A stretch of 64,000 bases of DNA, from assembly GCA_018384365.1 (NCBI GenBank), contig JAHAYX010000001.1, positions 180,294-244,293 on the forward strand, given 5' to 3'. This DNA is from Clostridiaceae bacterium. GTDB taxonomy: Bacteria; Bacillota; Clostridia; Oscillospirales; QAMX01. A program made the translations under genes and the position numbers. Within the stretch, counting starts at the first letter, position 1. The number at the start of each line of letters is the position of its first letter. Of this stretch, positions 1 through 9,326 are shown piece after piece. The notes beneath the pieces are model-generated. The model was not told where the DNA came from. It did no database searches and saw nothing but the letters and a program-made list of their open reading frames with translations.

Positions 1-241
1 TCGGGCCCGGGCTGACGAACACTTCGGAAACATAAAGACGGTCAACGTCCATTTCGAAATTGTTCTCGGCATTTGCAATGGCGCTCTTGAGGAGCTTGAT
101 GAGCGGCTCGGAGGCCGCCTTGCGGGTGTTCATTAAGATCGCAGCAGCCTCGGAAATGTCCTTGCCGCGAATCAGATCGCAGACAATCTTCACTTTTCTC
201 GGCGTGATGCGAACATGCTTCACATATGCTCTTGCTTCCAT
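1..241 (-). CDS. rplV: 50S ribosomal protein L22 (3' end runs off the window)
   Basis: Hand translation gives [27 protein letters not shown]...[10 protein letters not shown]; it follows rpsS in S10 operon order. Confidence 0.95.
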   Translation of the reverse strand, partial: MEARAYVKHVRITPRKVKIVCDLIRGKDISEAAAILMNTRKAASEPLIKLLKSAIANAENNFEMDVDRLYVSEVFVSPGP

Positions 242-254
242 GTTACTTCCTCCC

Positions 255-530
255 TTACTTGCCGGAGGTCTTGCTGCCCGCATGACCTCTGAAGGTACGA
301 GTGGGAGCAAACTCACCAAGCTTATGACCAACCATATCCTCGGTGACATAAACCGGGACATGCTTGCGTCCGTCATGGACGGCAATGGTGTGGCCAACGA
401 ACTCCGGGAATATCGTGGAGGCGCGGGACCAGGTCTTTACGACGTGCTTTTCATTGCCCGCGTTCATTTCAGCGATTCTCTTATAGAGCTCGGGTGCCAC
501 AAACGGTCCCTTCTTAATACTTCTGCTCAT
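255..530 (-). CDS. rpsS: 30S ribosomal protein S19
   Basis: [10 protein letters not shown]...KTWSRAS...[12 protein letters not shown] signature. Confidence 0.99.
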   Translation of the reverse strand: MSRSIKKGPFVAPELYKRIAEMNAGNEKHVVKTWSRASTIFPEFVGHTIAVHDGRKHVPVYVTEDMVGHKLGEFAPTRTFRGHAGSKTSGK

Positions 531-544
531 TTAAGTTACCTCCC

Positions 545-1375
545 TTACTTACCGCGGCGTTTCACAATGAACTTATCGGTGCGATTCTTCTTGGAACGGG
601 TCTTGTATCCAAGAGTCGGCTTGCCCCACGGGGTAACCGGGCCGGGACGGCCAACAGGGCTCTTGCCTTCACCACCGCCGTGCGGGTGGTCAACCGGGTT
701 CATAACAGAACCGCGGACGGTCGGACGGACGCCCATGTGGCGCTTGCGGCCGGCCTTACCGATCTGAACGTTTTCATGATCGAGGTTGCCGATCTGGCCG
801 ATCGTTGCTTTGCAGTCGAGGCGGACCAGGCGGACTTCGCTGGAAGGAAGGCGAACCTGTGCATAACCGTTTTCCTTAGCCATGAGCTGAGCGGCTGCAC
901 CGGCGGCACGAACGAGCTGTGCACCGCGGCCGGGATAAAGCTCCACGTTGTGGATCACGGTACCAACCGGGATGTTCTGAAGCGGCAGCGTGTTGCCGGG
1001 CTTGATGTCTGCGCCTGCGCCGGACACGACGATGTCACCGCGCTGCAGGCCGACGGGGGCGAGGATGTAACGGCGTTCGCCGTCTTCATACTCAAGACGC
1101 GCGATATTGGCGGAGCGGTTCGGGTCATACTCAATGAAGAGGACCTTCGCGGGCATATCGATCTTATCGCGTCTGAAATCAATGATTCTGTATTTCTGTC
1201 TGTTTCCGCCGCCCTGATGGCGTACGGTAATTCTGCCATAATTGTTTCGGCCGGCGTTCTTCTTGTTGGTATCAAGAAGGCTCTTTTCCGGCTTCACCTT
1301 GTCAAGCCCGGAGAAATCCGCGACAGTCATGTGACGTCTTGACGGGGTCGTGGGCTTAAAGGTCTTTGTCGGCAT
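545..1375 (-). CDS. rplB: 50S ribosomal protein L2
   Basis: EYDPNRSA and [13 protein letters not shown] motifs. Confidence 0.99.
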   Translation of the reverse strand: MPTKTFKPTTPSRRHMTVADFSGLDKVKPEKSLLDTNKKNAGRNNYGRITVRHQGGGNRQKYRIIDFRRDKIDMPAKVLFIEYDPNRSANIARLEYEDGERRYILAPVGLQRGDIVVSGAGADIKPGNTLPLQNIPVGTVIHNVELYPGRGAQLVRAAGAAAQLMAKENGYAQVRLPSSEVRLVRLDCKATIGQIGNLDHENVQIGKAGRKRHMGVRPTVRGSVMNPVDHPHGGGEGKSPVGRPGPVTPWGKPTLGYKTRSKKNRTDKFIVKRRGK

Positions 1376-1422
1376 GTACTCTCACTCCCTGTATATTAAT
1401 GAGGTCCGGTCAGTCCGGAAAA

Positions 1423-1716
1423 TCAGGTAAGGGACTCAAAGAACTCAATGCCCTTGGAGCCTTCCTTCAAAGTTACGATCGCTTTTTTCCAAGCGCTCGT
1501 GCGGCCGTGGGTATAACCCTGGCGGCGTGCCTTGCCGTCGTAGTTCATGGTGTGAACGCTTTCCACGTCAACGCCGAAAATCTCTTCGACAGCCTTTTTG
1601 ATCTCAATCTTGTTGGCCTCACGGGCGACCTCGAAGGTGTACTTGTGCTCACTTGCACCTTCCACGCTGCGCTCGGTCACGATGGGGCGGCGGATGACAT
1701 CATAGACAGATTTCAT
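1423..1716 (-). CDS. rplW: 50S ribosomal protein L23
   Basis: PIVTERS, ANKIEIKKAVE and WKKAIVTL motifs; operon position. Confidence 0.98.
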   Translation of the reverse strand: MKSVYDVIRRPIVTERSVEGASEHKYTFEVAREANKIEIKKAVEEIFGVDVESVHTMNYDGKARRQGYTHGRTSAWKKAIVTLKEGSKGIEFFESLT

Positions 1717-2342
1717 TTTCCGAACACCTCCTGGATTTTCTCGACGGCGCTGCGGTCCACAATGAACTTGTCCGCGTTCATGATATCATAAACGTTGATC
1801 ACGTTTGCGGGGCTCGTCACGACGCCGGGGATATTACGGGCGGAAAGCACCACATTGCGGCGTACTTCGGGAGTGACGATCAGGCTCTTGCACTCGCCGG
1901 CGCCGACAGCCTTCAGCATACCGACGATGTTCTTCGTCTTGATCTCGCTGCAGTCGAGGTTGTCCACCACGATGATCTCGCCGGCTGCGCACTTTGCGCT
2001 GAGCGCAGAGAGCATAGCCAGGCGCTTATATTTCTTGTTCAGGCGATAGGTGTAAGTTCTGGGCTTCGGAGCAAATGCGACGCCGCCGTGCGTCCACTGC
2101 GGAGAACGCGTGGAGCCCTGACGTGCGCGGCCGGTGCCCTTCTGGCGCCACGGCTTTTTGCCGCCGCCGGAAACCTCCGCACGGGTCAGCGCGCTCTGCG
2201 TGCCCTGACGGCGGTTTGCAAGCTGATTCTTCACTGCTTCATGGATCGCGACCATATCCGGCTCAATACCGAAAATGGCGTCGGAAAGTTCGATTTCGCC
2301 GACCTGCTTTCCTGTCATATCGTAAACATTAGTCTTAGGCAT
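1713..2342 (-). CDS. rplD: 50S ribosomal protein L4
   Basis: KPWRQKGTGRARQGS motif. Confidence 0.99.
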   Translation of the reverse strand: MPKTNVYDMTGKQVGEIELSDAIFGIEPDMVAIHEAVKNQLANRRQGTQSALTRAEVSGGGKKPWRQKGTGRARQGSTRSPQWTHGGVAFAPKPRTYTYRLNKKYKRLAMLSALSAKCAAGEIIVVDNLDCSEIKTKNIVGMLKAVGAGECKSLIVTPEVRRNVVLSARNIPGVVTSPANVINVYDIMNADKFIVDRSAVEKIQEVFGK

Positions 2343-2361
2343 GGTTCAAACTCTCCTTTCT

Positions 2362-3060
2362 TTACTTTCTTGCAGAAGCCTTCTGCGGGTTGACGGTTGT
2401 CTGCACCTGGATCTGCTTGACGCGGTGCGTCTTGACCGTGCTCTTCACATACACGATACCACCGCGCGGGCCCGGGATTGCGCCGCGGACAGCGATGATA
2501 TTGAGTTCGGGATCGACCTTCACGATGTCGAGGTTCTGGATGGTAACCTGCTCAACGCCCAGATGACCAGGCATTTTCTTACCGGGCATTACGCGTGCCG
2601 GGTCGGAGTTTGCACCCATGGAACCAACGCTGCGGTGGACAGGGCCAACGCCGTGGGTGTGGTTCTGTACGTGCTGTCCCCAGCGCTTGACAACGCCGGC
2701 GTAGCCTTTACCTTTGGAAATACCGGTGACGTCCACGAAGTCGCCTTCTGCGAACACATCAGCGGTCAGAACATCGCCAACATTCAGTTCGGCGAGTTCG
2801 CCTTCCAGTTTGAACTCTTTCAGGACCTTCTTGAGATCCTCGCCGGCCTTTTTCAGGTGGCCGACTTCCGGCTTCGTGAGCTTGCGCTCCGGAACATCCT
2901 GGAAGCCGAGCTGGATGGCGTTGTAGCCGTCTTTTTCAGCGACCTTCTTCTGGGTGACGGTGCAGGGACCGGCTTCGATGACCGTTACCGGGATCACCTT
3001 GCCCTCTTCGGTGAAAATCTGGGTCATGCCCACTTTTCTGCCGATGATTGCCTTTTTCAT
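2362..3060 (-). CDS. rplC: 50S ribosomal protein L3 (with C-terminal extension)
   Basis: KVGMTQIF, DVTGISKGKG and GKKMPG motifs. Confidence 0.99.
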   Translation of the reverse strand: MKKAIIGRKVGMTQIFTEEGKVIPVTVIEAGPCTVTQKKVAEKDGYNAIQLGFQDVPERKLTKPEVGHLKKAGEDLKKVLKEFKLEGELAELNVGDVLTADVFAEGDFVDVTGISKGKGYAGVVKRWGQHVQNHTHGVGPVHRSVGSMGANSDPARVMPGKKMPGHLGVEQVTIQNLDIVKVDPELNIIAVRGAIPGPRGGIVYVKSTVKTHRVKQIQVQTTVNPQKASARK

Positions 3061-3130
3061 TTGTTTTCCTCCTTGTCGGTTATTGGTCGGCTTTGCCGAC
3101 TTGACCGGAACGAAACCAGGTTTCGTTCAC

Positions 3131-3436
3131 TTACATGACCTTTATCTCAATATCAACGCCCGCCGGGAGATCGAGGCTCATCAGAGCTTCCACAGTCTTC
3201 TGTGCGGGATTGACAATATCGATCAAACGCTTGTGGGTGCGTCTTTCAAACTGCTCACGGCTGTCCTTGTACTTATGAACAGCACGCAGAATGGTGACGA
3301 TTTCCTTCTTGGTGGGAAGCGGGATCGGGCCGGAAACATCGGAACCGGTACGCTTTGCTGCTTCCACGATTCTTGCTGCGCTCTGGTCTATGAGCTGATG
3401 GTCATAGGCTTTCAGACGAACTCTGATCTTCTCCAT
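3131..3436 (-). CDS. rpsJ: 30S ribosomal protein S10
   Basis: [17 protein letters not shown] and [12 protein letters not shown] motifs; ATG at 3436 follows AAGGAGG. Confidence 0.99.
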   Translation of the reverse strand: MEKIRVRLKAYDHQLIDQSAARIVEAAKRTGSDVSGPIPLPTKKEIVTILRAVHKYKDSREQFERRTHKRLIDIVNPAQKTVEALMSLDLPAGVDIEIKVM

Positions 3437-3699
3437 GGTTGTTCCTCCTTGCACGTACGTTTTGAACCGCCGCTATCGTGCAGTGTCGTTATAAAATTTG
3501 CGGCGGCCGAAACAGTACGGATTAGAATATGCAACCGCGCCGTGTGTCAAAACACTGCACATGATAAAAACCGGAAACTTCCCGACTTCTCACACCGGCA
3601 CAAAACGCAGGCTGAAATCGGACAGTACAGTCCGGCTTTCCACCACGTGTAGGTCCATGCACACCAAAGGCGCATGTACGCGCGTTTTCGCAGTATTCT

Positions 3700-3800
3700 A
3701 AGCCGCCCGTCATATTCACCGCGCCGCGCGGTGTGCGGACATACTCAGCCGAAGTTACCTCGCACAGTGCGAGCAATCTCCAGCGTCATCGCATCAGCGT
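3700..3800 (-). promoter_or_regulatory. S10 operon r-protein leader RNA (resembles the S10-Clostridia type)
   Basis: Minus strand reads GCGATGACGCTGGAGATTGC...GGCTGAGTATGTCC...GGGCG, resembling from memory the structured element upstream of rpsJ in Firmicutes; no Rfam scan was run. Confidence 0.6.
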
Positions 3801-3843
3801 TTGAGGCACGCCAAACCGCCTGCCGATTACCGCAAGCTAATAC

Positions 3844-3872
3844 AGTATAAACCAGACTTATCTAAAAGTCAA
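3844..3872 (-). promoter_or_regulatory. sigmaA promoter of the S10 operon
   Basis: TTGACT-17bp-TATACT. Confidence 0.8.
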
Positions 3873-4032
3873 GACCTTTTATCATATTTTTCATACAAAT
3901 CCGAAGGTTTTTGGAAGGAATGATGCCGCAGGATATACAAAAGCGTGTTCTTTTGCTGCTTTGCGCCGTCCGGACGCGCCCTCATGCGTGCTCCGGCCCG
4001 CCGCACAACGCCGGACAGCGCAGAAAAACGCG

Positions 4033-4060
4033 AAAAAGGAGGCGTCCCGCCTCCTTTTTT
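4033..4060. terminator. Intrinsic terminator after the phosphoesterase gene
   Basis: AAAAAGGAGGCG-tcc-CGCCTCCTTTTT. Confidence 0.8.
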
Positions 4061-4905
4061 CACTTGGTATGCAGTGTAATCAGCGCCACTTCCGGCATAC
4101 AGCAGAACCGGAGGGGCAGATTCGAGGTGCCAAGTCCCCGGCTGACAAACAGCTGCGAGCCGCGGACATTGCGGGCCGCATACTGTCCCATCGGATACAG
4201 TCTGCCGTACTGCGGCAGAATCAGTTCGCCCAGAACCGGGACGCGCACCTGTCCGCCGTGTGTATGCCCGGCCAGCATCAGGTCCACCGCCGTATTGGCC
4301 GCACCCGCAAACACATCCGGCTCGTGGCACAGCACCAGGTTGTATGTATCCTCCGCGAGGGAGGAGAAATCAAATGTCCCGCCGCTGCCGAAAAGCAGGT
4401 CGTCCACACCCGTCACCGTGATGCCCAAAAGCGGCAGCTCCATACTTTCGTTGCGCAGCACCGTGAAACCGCCGGCCTCCAGGATCCGGATGCTTTCCTC
4501 ATCCGCGCCACGCCCGTAGTCATGGTTGCCCAGCACGGCATATTTGCCCTGCGGCGCGCGGAGGGCGGAGAGTGCTGCGATAATCGCCTCGTCGTCAGCG
4601 GGATACTTCGCGTATTCCTCATACAGGTCGCCGGTAAACACCACAATATGCGGTTCAAACGCATTGATTTTTTCCACAGCACGTTCAAATCGTTTCACGT
4701 CGTAGTCAAAGCCAAAATGCGTATCGGTAAACTGCGCAACGCGCAGGCCTTCCGCCGCCCCCGGCAGACCGGAGAAGTTCAGTTCCACCTTCGTGGTGCT
4801 CAGAAGCGACGGTTCCGCCCAGCGCATCCAGGTGAACGCCAGGCATATCAAAATCACACAAAAAACAAGCATTTTCGTTAAAAACCGAAAAAATCTTCCT
4901 ATCAA
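4060..4905 (-). CDS. Membrane-anchored calcineurin-like metallophosphoesterase (YkuE-like)
   Basis: N-terminal TM helix; DTH, GDL, GNHD, HEP and GHTHGGQ motifs. Confidence 0.9.
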   Translation of the reverse strand: MIGRFFRFLTKMLVFCVILICLAFTWMRWAEPSLLSTTKVELNFSGLPGAAEGLRVAQFTDTHFGFDYDVKRFERAVEKINAFEPHIVVFTGDLYEEYAKYPADDEAIIAALSALRAPQGKYAVLGNHDYGRGADEESIRILEAGGFTVLRNESMELPLLGITVTGVDDLLFGSGGTFDFSSLAEDTYNLVLCHEPDVFAGAANTAVDLMLAGHTHGGQVRVPVLGELILPQYGRLYPMGQYAARNVRGSQLFVSRGLGTSNLPLRFCCMPEVALITLHTK

Positions 4906-4923
4906 GCTGCACCTCCGAAAGCG

Positions 4924-6276
4924 TCAGCCTTCCCCGTTTTCGTCTTCATCCGTGTCAGAGGCGGCATTCACTTCCGCAATGGCTGCGTTGTGCTCGTCCA
5001 GCGTTTTCGAGAAAATATGGCTTCCGTCAGAGCGTGCCACATAGTAGTAATAGGAGGTATCCGCCGGATACAGCGCCGCTTCCAGTGAGGCAATACCGGG
5101 ATTGGCGATCGGTCCGGGCGGCAAACCGTTATAGAGGTAGGTATTATACGGATCGTCGATTTTCAGATCGTCGGCTGTCGGCGCACGGCCCACAATATAC
5201 TGCACCGTCGCGTCAATCTGCAAACGCGGGAAGGTGCCGGGGTCGGCCAGACGGTTATAGATAACGGAGGCGACAACTGCGCGCTCGTCATCGCGCCGTG
5301 CCTCGCGTTCCACCATCGACGCAATGGTCACGACCTCATTGATGGTCAGTCCCAGTTCCTCTGCGCGGTCACGCAGCTTCTGTGTGAACTTGTTGTTGAA
5401 GTTCGTCAGGAACTTTGCAATGACATTCGGCGCGCTGTCGTTAACATAGAACTCATAGGTGTCCGGGAAGAGATACCCCTCCAGTCTGGTCTTGCTGTCG
5501 CCGATGCCGTCGATGAAAGCATAGTCAAAATCGTAGTTTTCAATCGCGTTATAGAGGTCCTCCGAGCTTGCCACGCCTTTTTCCACCAGCGCATCCACAA
5601 TCTGCGCGGTGGTATAACCCTCCGGAATCGTCACGCGCACGGTTTCCTTATAGGTAGAGGTGCGGCGGAGCGTGCGCGCAATGGCGCTGTAATCCAGATT
5701 GGCGTTGATCTCATATTTCCCGCTTTTAAAGGTTGCGCCGGAAACGGAACAATACAGTTTAAAAAGGGAAGGGTACTCAATAATGCCCGCATCCTTTAAG
5801 AGATCCGCCACTTCGGCGGCGGTAACATCCGCATCCAGCTCGATTACCGCAGTGCGGTCCGGCTTGACAAATGCAAACACCTCGTTTGCGGCGATGATGA
5901 TAAAAGCGGCCAGGAACATGGACACGCCCAGCACGAACGCCGTATACATGGCGCCGACCAGGCAGCCGTGACCTGCGTCGCGGTGCCGCCTGCGGCGGCG
6001 TCTGTGCCCGCGCGGCACATCCTCCATGGAAAAGTCCAGTTCATCCGCCGGTTCATAGTCCGGCTGTTCCGCCTCCCGCTCGCGGCGCAGCCGTTCCGTT
6101 TCACGTTCGCCGCCGCGGCGCAGATGGCGCTCATATTCCTCGTATTCTTCATATTCCGGTTCCCGCGCGGAACGGTTCTGCGGGCGTTCCTGCTCATAGA
6201 ATTCAAATTCCTCTTCGGAATCGCCCCTCCGGCCGCTGCGCTCCGGATGATTTTTGTCATAGTCGTGATTTGCCAT
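4924..6276 (-). CDS. mltG: Endolytic transglycosylase MltG (YceG family)
   Basis: TIPEG, LEGYLFPDTY, IASMVERE and YNTY...GLPPGPIANPG motifs; ATG at 6276 follows AAAGGA. Confidence 0.93.
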   Translation of the reverse strand: MANHDYDKNHPERSGRRGDSEEEFEFYEQERPQNRSAREPEYEEYEEYERHLRRGGERETERLRREREAEQPDYEPADELDFSMEDVPRGHRRRRRRHRDAGHGCLVGAMYTAFVLGVSMFLAAFIIIAANEVFAFVKPDRTAVIELDADVTAAEVADLLKDAGIIEYPSLFKLYCSVSGATFKSGKYEINANLDYSAIARTLRRTSTYKETVRVTIPEGYTTAQIVDALVEKGVASSEDLYNAIENYDFDYAFIDGIGDSKTRLEGYLFPDTYEFYVNDSAPNVIAKFLTNFNNKFTQKLRDRAEELGLTINEVVTIASMVEREARRDDERAVVASVIYNRLADPGTFPRLQIDATVQYIVGRAPTADDLKIDDPYNTYLYNGLPPGPIANPGIASLEAALYPADTSYYYYVARSDGSHIFSKTLDEHNAAIAEVNAASDTDEDENGEG

Positions 6277-6309
6277 AGTACAATCCTTTCGGGACGGGGG
6301 CACGCGGCC

Positions 6310-7221
6310 TTATCGCCAGATGCCCAAAAGTATCATAACAAGCCTTGTGATGTACAAAGCCAAAAACAGGAGAAAGCCCAGCGTCCGGAAGGAGTTCCAT
6401 AAATTCTCCGACGTGCGTTCCGGACCTTTTTCAAGATGTTCCATCAATCCGTCGCGCAGCAGCCCCTCCACACCGCGCAGCAGGGAGAACAAAAACAGCA
6501 AAAACAGCACAATTGCTGCCGCAACCACAATCACCGTGCGCCCCGCAAACAGTTCCGACGCATAGAGCAGGTCGCCGCCGTAAAGTGCCAGGCGGCAAAG
6601 CAGATGCGTCAGCACCGCCGGCCAGACGGAGTTTGTATAATAGGTTTCCAGTCCGCACAGGAAGCCAATCACCAGCACCAGCGGCGCGGCGGACGGATAT
6701 ACATACAGCATCGGCATACAAATCGTGGACAGCACGATTGCTGCAATCGTCCCCTGCTTTTCAAACAGGGGAAACAGCGTCCCGCGCAGCAGCAATTCCT
6801 GGGTAAACGCCGGAATCACGATCAGCGTGACGATCACAATCCAGGGCGGCACGTCCGCCGAACGCGAGAGCATCGGATACAGGGAATCAATGCCGCGATA
6901 GGATTCGTGCAGGATATGCGCCAGACCCACATTTAAGAGGAAAAGCCCCAGCGCCGCCGTAATGGCAGTCAGAACCGTAAAGGACGTATACACGCGCGAG
7001 GCCGGACGCAGGCGACGGTTCAGGCCCTGGTCCTTCGTTACAACACGCAGCAGGATTGCGCCGCCGGCAAAGGCCACGCCCTCCGCCAGCGCGATGGAAA
7101 ACCGCGGACCCCAGGCGCCAGGCATACTGAGCAGATGCCCCGACACCACATAGAAAGCCGAAAGGAACAGAAGGAGCACGAAAAGGCTCCACCCGGCCAG
7201 GGACGAAGGCTTCAGGCCCAT
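6310..7221 (-). CDS. CPBP/Abi-like multi-TM protein with degenerate catalytic motifs
   Basis: About 8-9 TM helices; QELLLRG in place of EExxFRG; SVWPAVLTH. Confidence 0.65.
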   Translation of the reverse strand: MGLKPSSLAGWSLFVLLLFLSAFYVVSGHLLSMPGAWGPRFSIALAEGVAFAGGAILLRVVTKDQGLNRRLRPASRVYTSFTVLTAITAALGLFLLNVGLAHILHESYRGIDSLYPMLSRSADVPPWIVIVTLIVIPAFTQELLLRGTLFPLFEKQGTIAAIVLSTICMPMLYVYPSAAPLVLVIGFLCGLETYYTNSVWPAVLTHLLCRLALYGGDLLYASELFAGRTVIVVAAAIVLFLLFLFSLLRGVEGLLRDGLMEHLEKGPERTSENLWNSFRTLGFLLFLALYITRLVMILLGIWR

Positions 7222-7787
7222 GCGTATTCTCCCTCCTCCGTGAAAATCAGATCCATGCAGACATCGTGCAGTTCGTGCGGAACAGCCGGCAGGACGAACT
7301 TTTCAAAGCTGACGCCGGCCTTCCGGCAGCTCATCTGCGGCAGATAGCGGTCATAGTATCCGCCGCCGCGTCCCAGACGGTGACCGGCGCGGTCAAACGC
7401 CACAGCGGGCACCACCGCCAGGTCAAAGGCGTCCGGCGGGATCACCGGCGTATCGCGCCGCGGCTCCGGAATGTGAAAAGCGCCCGGTGCAAGCTCCTCC
7501 CACGCGGTGATTTCATGCGCTTCCATCACGCCGTCCGCCAGGCACAGCGGCACACCCACGCGCCGGCCCTGCAAAAGCGCCGCGCGGATGATTTCCTGCG
7601 TTTCCACTTCCCAGCCCGTACCGGCATAGCAGAATACCGTGCCTGCCGCCTGCCAGCAGGGTGCGGCAAACAGCCGTTCTGCGATGCGGCAGCTGTACTG
7701 CGCGCGCAGCGCCACGTCCATCTGCCGGTGCGCTGCAAGCAGTCTCTGCCGCAGCAGCGTTTTCTCTTCGCGCGCCGCGTTATTCAT
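7212..7787 (-). CDS. 5-formyltetrahydrofolate cyclo-ligase
   Basis: VPAVAFDRAGHRLGRGGGYYDRYL and HDVCMD motifs. Confidence 0.93.
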   Translation of the reverse strand: MNNAAREEKTLLRQRLLAAHRQMDVALRAQYSCRIAERLFAAPCWQAAGTVFCYAGTGWEVETQEIIRAALLQGRRVGVPLCLADGVMEAHEITAWEELAPGAFHIPEPRRDTPVIPPDAFDLAVVPAVAFDRAGHRLGRGGGYYDRYLPQMSCRKAGVSFEKFVLPAVPHELHDVCMDLIFTEEGEYAWA

Positions 7788-8670
7788 GCGGTACGGCGCG
7801 CCAGCGCATATTGAGATAGGCCGGGAAATAGGAGAGCTTTGCCTTGCGCAGTCCCTCGAGTCCCAGATCCTCCTCACGGTTGATATACATAAAGCCCTCG
7901 CTGAAGCGGCAGGCAAACTCGTGGTTGATCATCTGATAGGCGCCCGGCACATCCGAAGCCTTCTCAATGTCCTCCAAAAGCGTGTCCGCGCTGAGCCGGG
8001 ATCCCAGTGCAAAGGCAATGATTTTCCCCTCCAGCCGCAGCGCCACACCGAACATCCCGATCTGCTCCATGTGATACACCGCGCGGCGTATGGCCTCGGC
8101 CTCCTTGCGGAAATCATCGGTCAGGCCGTGTGCACGGTCCCATTCCGCATTGAAAGCCAGCACTTCTTCCGCGTTTTCCGGCCCGACCGGCTCCACGGAA
8201 AAGTTCCCCTCATTTGCCGCCAGGAAGCGGTTCACAAAATTCCGCTTGGCGTGCAGCTTTTTCCCCCTCAGTTCCCGCAGGGATTCCGCTTCATAGATAT
8301 AGTCTGCCTGATTTGGGTTCTCCGTAAACAGAAATCTGCCCGGCAGAGCCTCCTCCAGCTCGTTTTTCATCTGTTCATTGATGGCAATCATGGAAAAAGG
8401 CACGCCGCGCTCCGCCGCGTCCGCTTCCAGACGGTGCACAGCCTCCGCCAGACGGTCTCCCGCGGCAAGCGGCATCTGATACACAATTTCATCCGGCATC
8501 CGGTATTGAATATACAAAATCCCGTCCTCCAGCGCGAAATACGCCGGATAAGTTTTTTCCCAAATATACAAACAGCAGAAAGAATGGTCGTAAAGCCGGT
8601 AGGGAAGCGCCTGCAGCACCGGTTCCAGCACTGCCCTGTCCGTCAACTCGACCGCTTTGAAATTCAGCAT
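7780..8670 (-). CDS. DUF2156 / lysyl-PG-synthase-like GNAT-fold domain protein
   Basis: DYIYE...LRGKKLHAKRNFVNRF, IEKA and YINREEDLGLEGLRKAKLSY motifs. Confidence 0.85.
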   Translation of the reverse strand: MLNFKAVELTDRAVLEPVLQALPYRLYDHSFCCLYIWEKTYPAYFALEDGILYIQYRMPDEIVYQMPLAAGDRLAEAVHRLEADAAERGVPFSMIAINEQMKNELEEALPGRFLFTENPNQADYIYEAESLRELRGKKLHAKRNFVNRFLAANEGNFSVEPVGPENAEEVLAFNAEWDRAHGLTDDFRKEAEAIRRAVYHMEQIGMFGVALRLEGKIIAFALGSRLSADTLLEDIEKASDVPGAYQMINHEFACRFSEGFMYINREEDLGLEGLRKAKLSYFPAYLNMRWRAVPHE

Positions 8671-9326
8671 ACACCCACCTGATTGATGATTCTCATAATA
8701 TCCTTTGCAATGTCTTTTTCCGGACGCATTGCACCGTCCGCGCCGCAGGCCACCGTATACCAGCCGTACCGCTGCGCCGCTTCCAGCGCACTTTCCCGGC
8801 AAAGCGACAGATAACCCGCCTTTGTTTCGTGAATATCCCTTGCCGCCTGTCTTTTCTCTATATTGGCAAGCGCCAGCGGAACCTCCACGTCCAGAAATAT
8901 CACGGCATCCGGCGCCGGAAGGCCCAGCAGCCGGTACTCATAGTCAAACAGCCAATCCATATAGGTCCGCCGTGCCTCACCTGCGAGCTTTGCGCCCTGA
9001 TGGATCGCATTCGAGGTCGTATAACGTCCGGAAACGAACAGCCCGCCGGCCTCATATTCCGCGCCCCAGTCCGATCGATAGGAGGCATAGCGATCCACGG
9101 CATAAAAGGACGAAGCGGCAAACGCGTTGACGTCCGCCGGATCACTGCCGAAGCATCCGTTCAGATACATCCGCACCAGCATCGAGGAATCCTTGTCATA
9201 ACAGGGGAATTCCAGCTTCCGGAACGGGACATTTCGGTCCGTCAGCGCCGCGCACAAAAGGCCCAGCTGCGTGGTTTTGCCGGAGCCATCCAGCCCCTCC
9301 AGCACAATGAGCTTACCCACGCTCAC
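8664..9326 (-). CDS. tmk: Thymidylate kinase
   Basis: EGLDGSGKTTQ P-loop, YAVDRY and PDAVIFLD motifs; adjacent to thyX. Confidence 0.9.
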   Translation of the reverse strand: MSVGKLIVLEGLDGSGKTTQLGLLCAALTDRNVPFRKLEFPCYDKDSSMLVRMYLNGCFGSDPADVNAFAASSFYAVDRYASYRSDWGAEYEAGGLFVSGRYTTSNAIHQGAKLAGEARRTYMDWLFDYEYRLLGLPAPDAVIFLDVEVPLALANIEKRQAARDIHETKAGYLSLCRESALEAAQRYGWYTVACGADGAMRPEKDIAKDIMRIINQVGVC

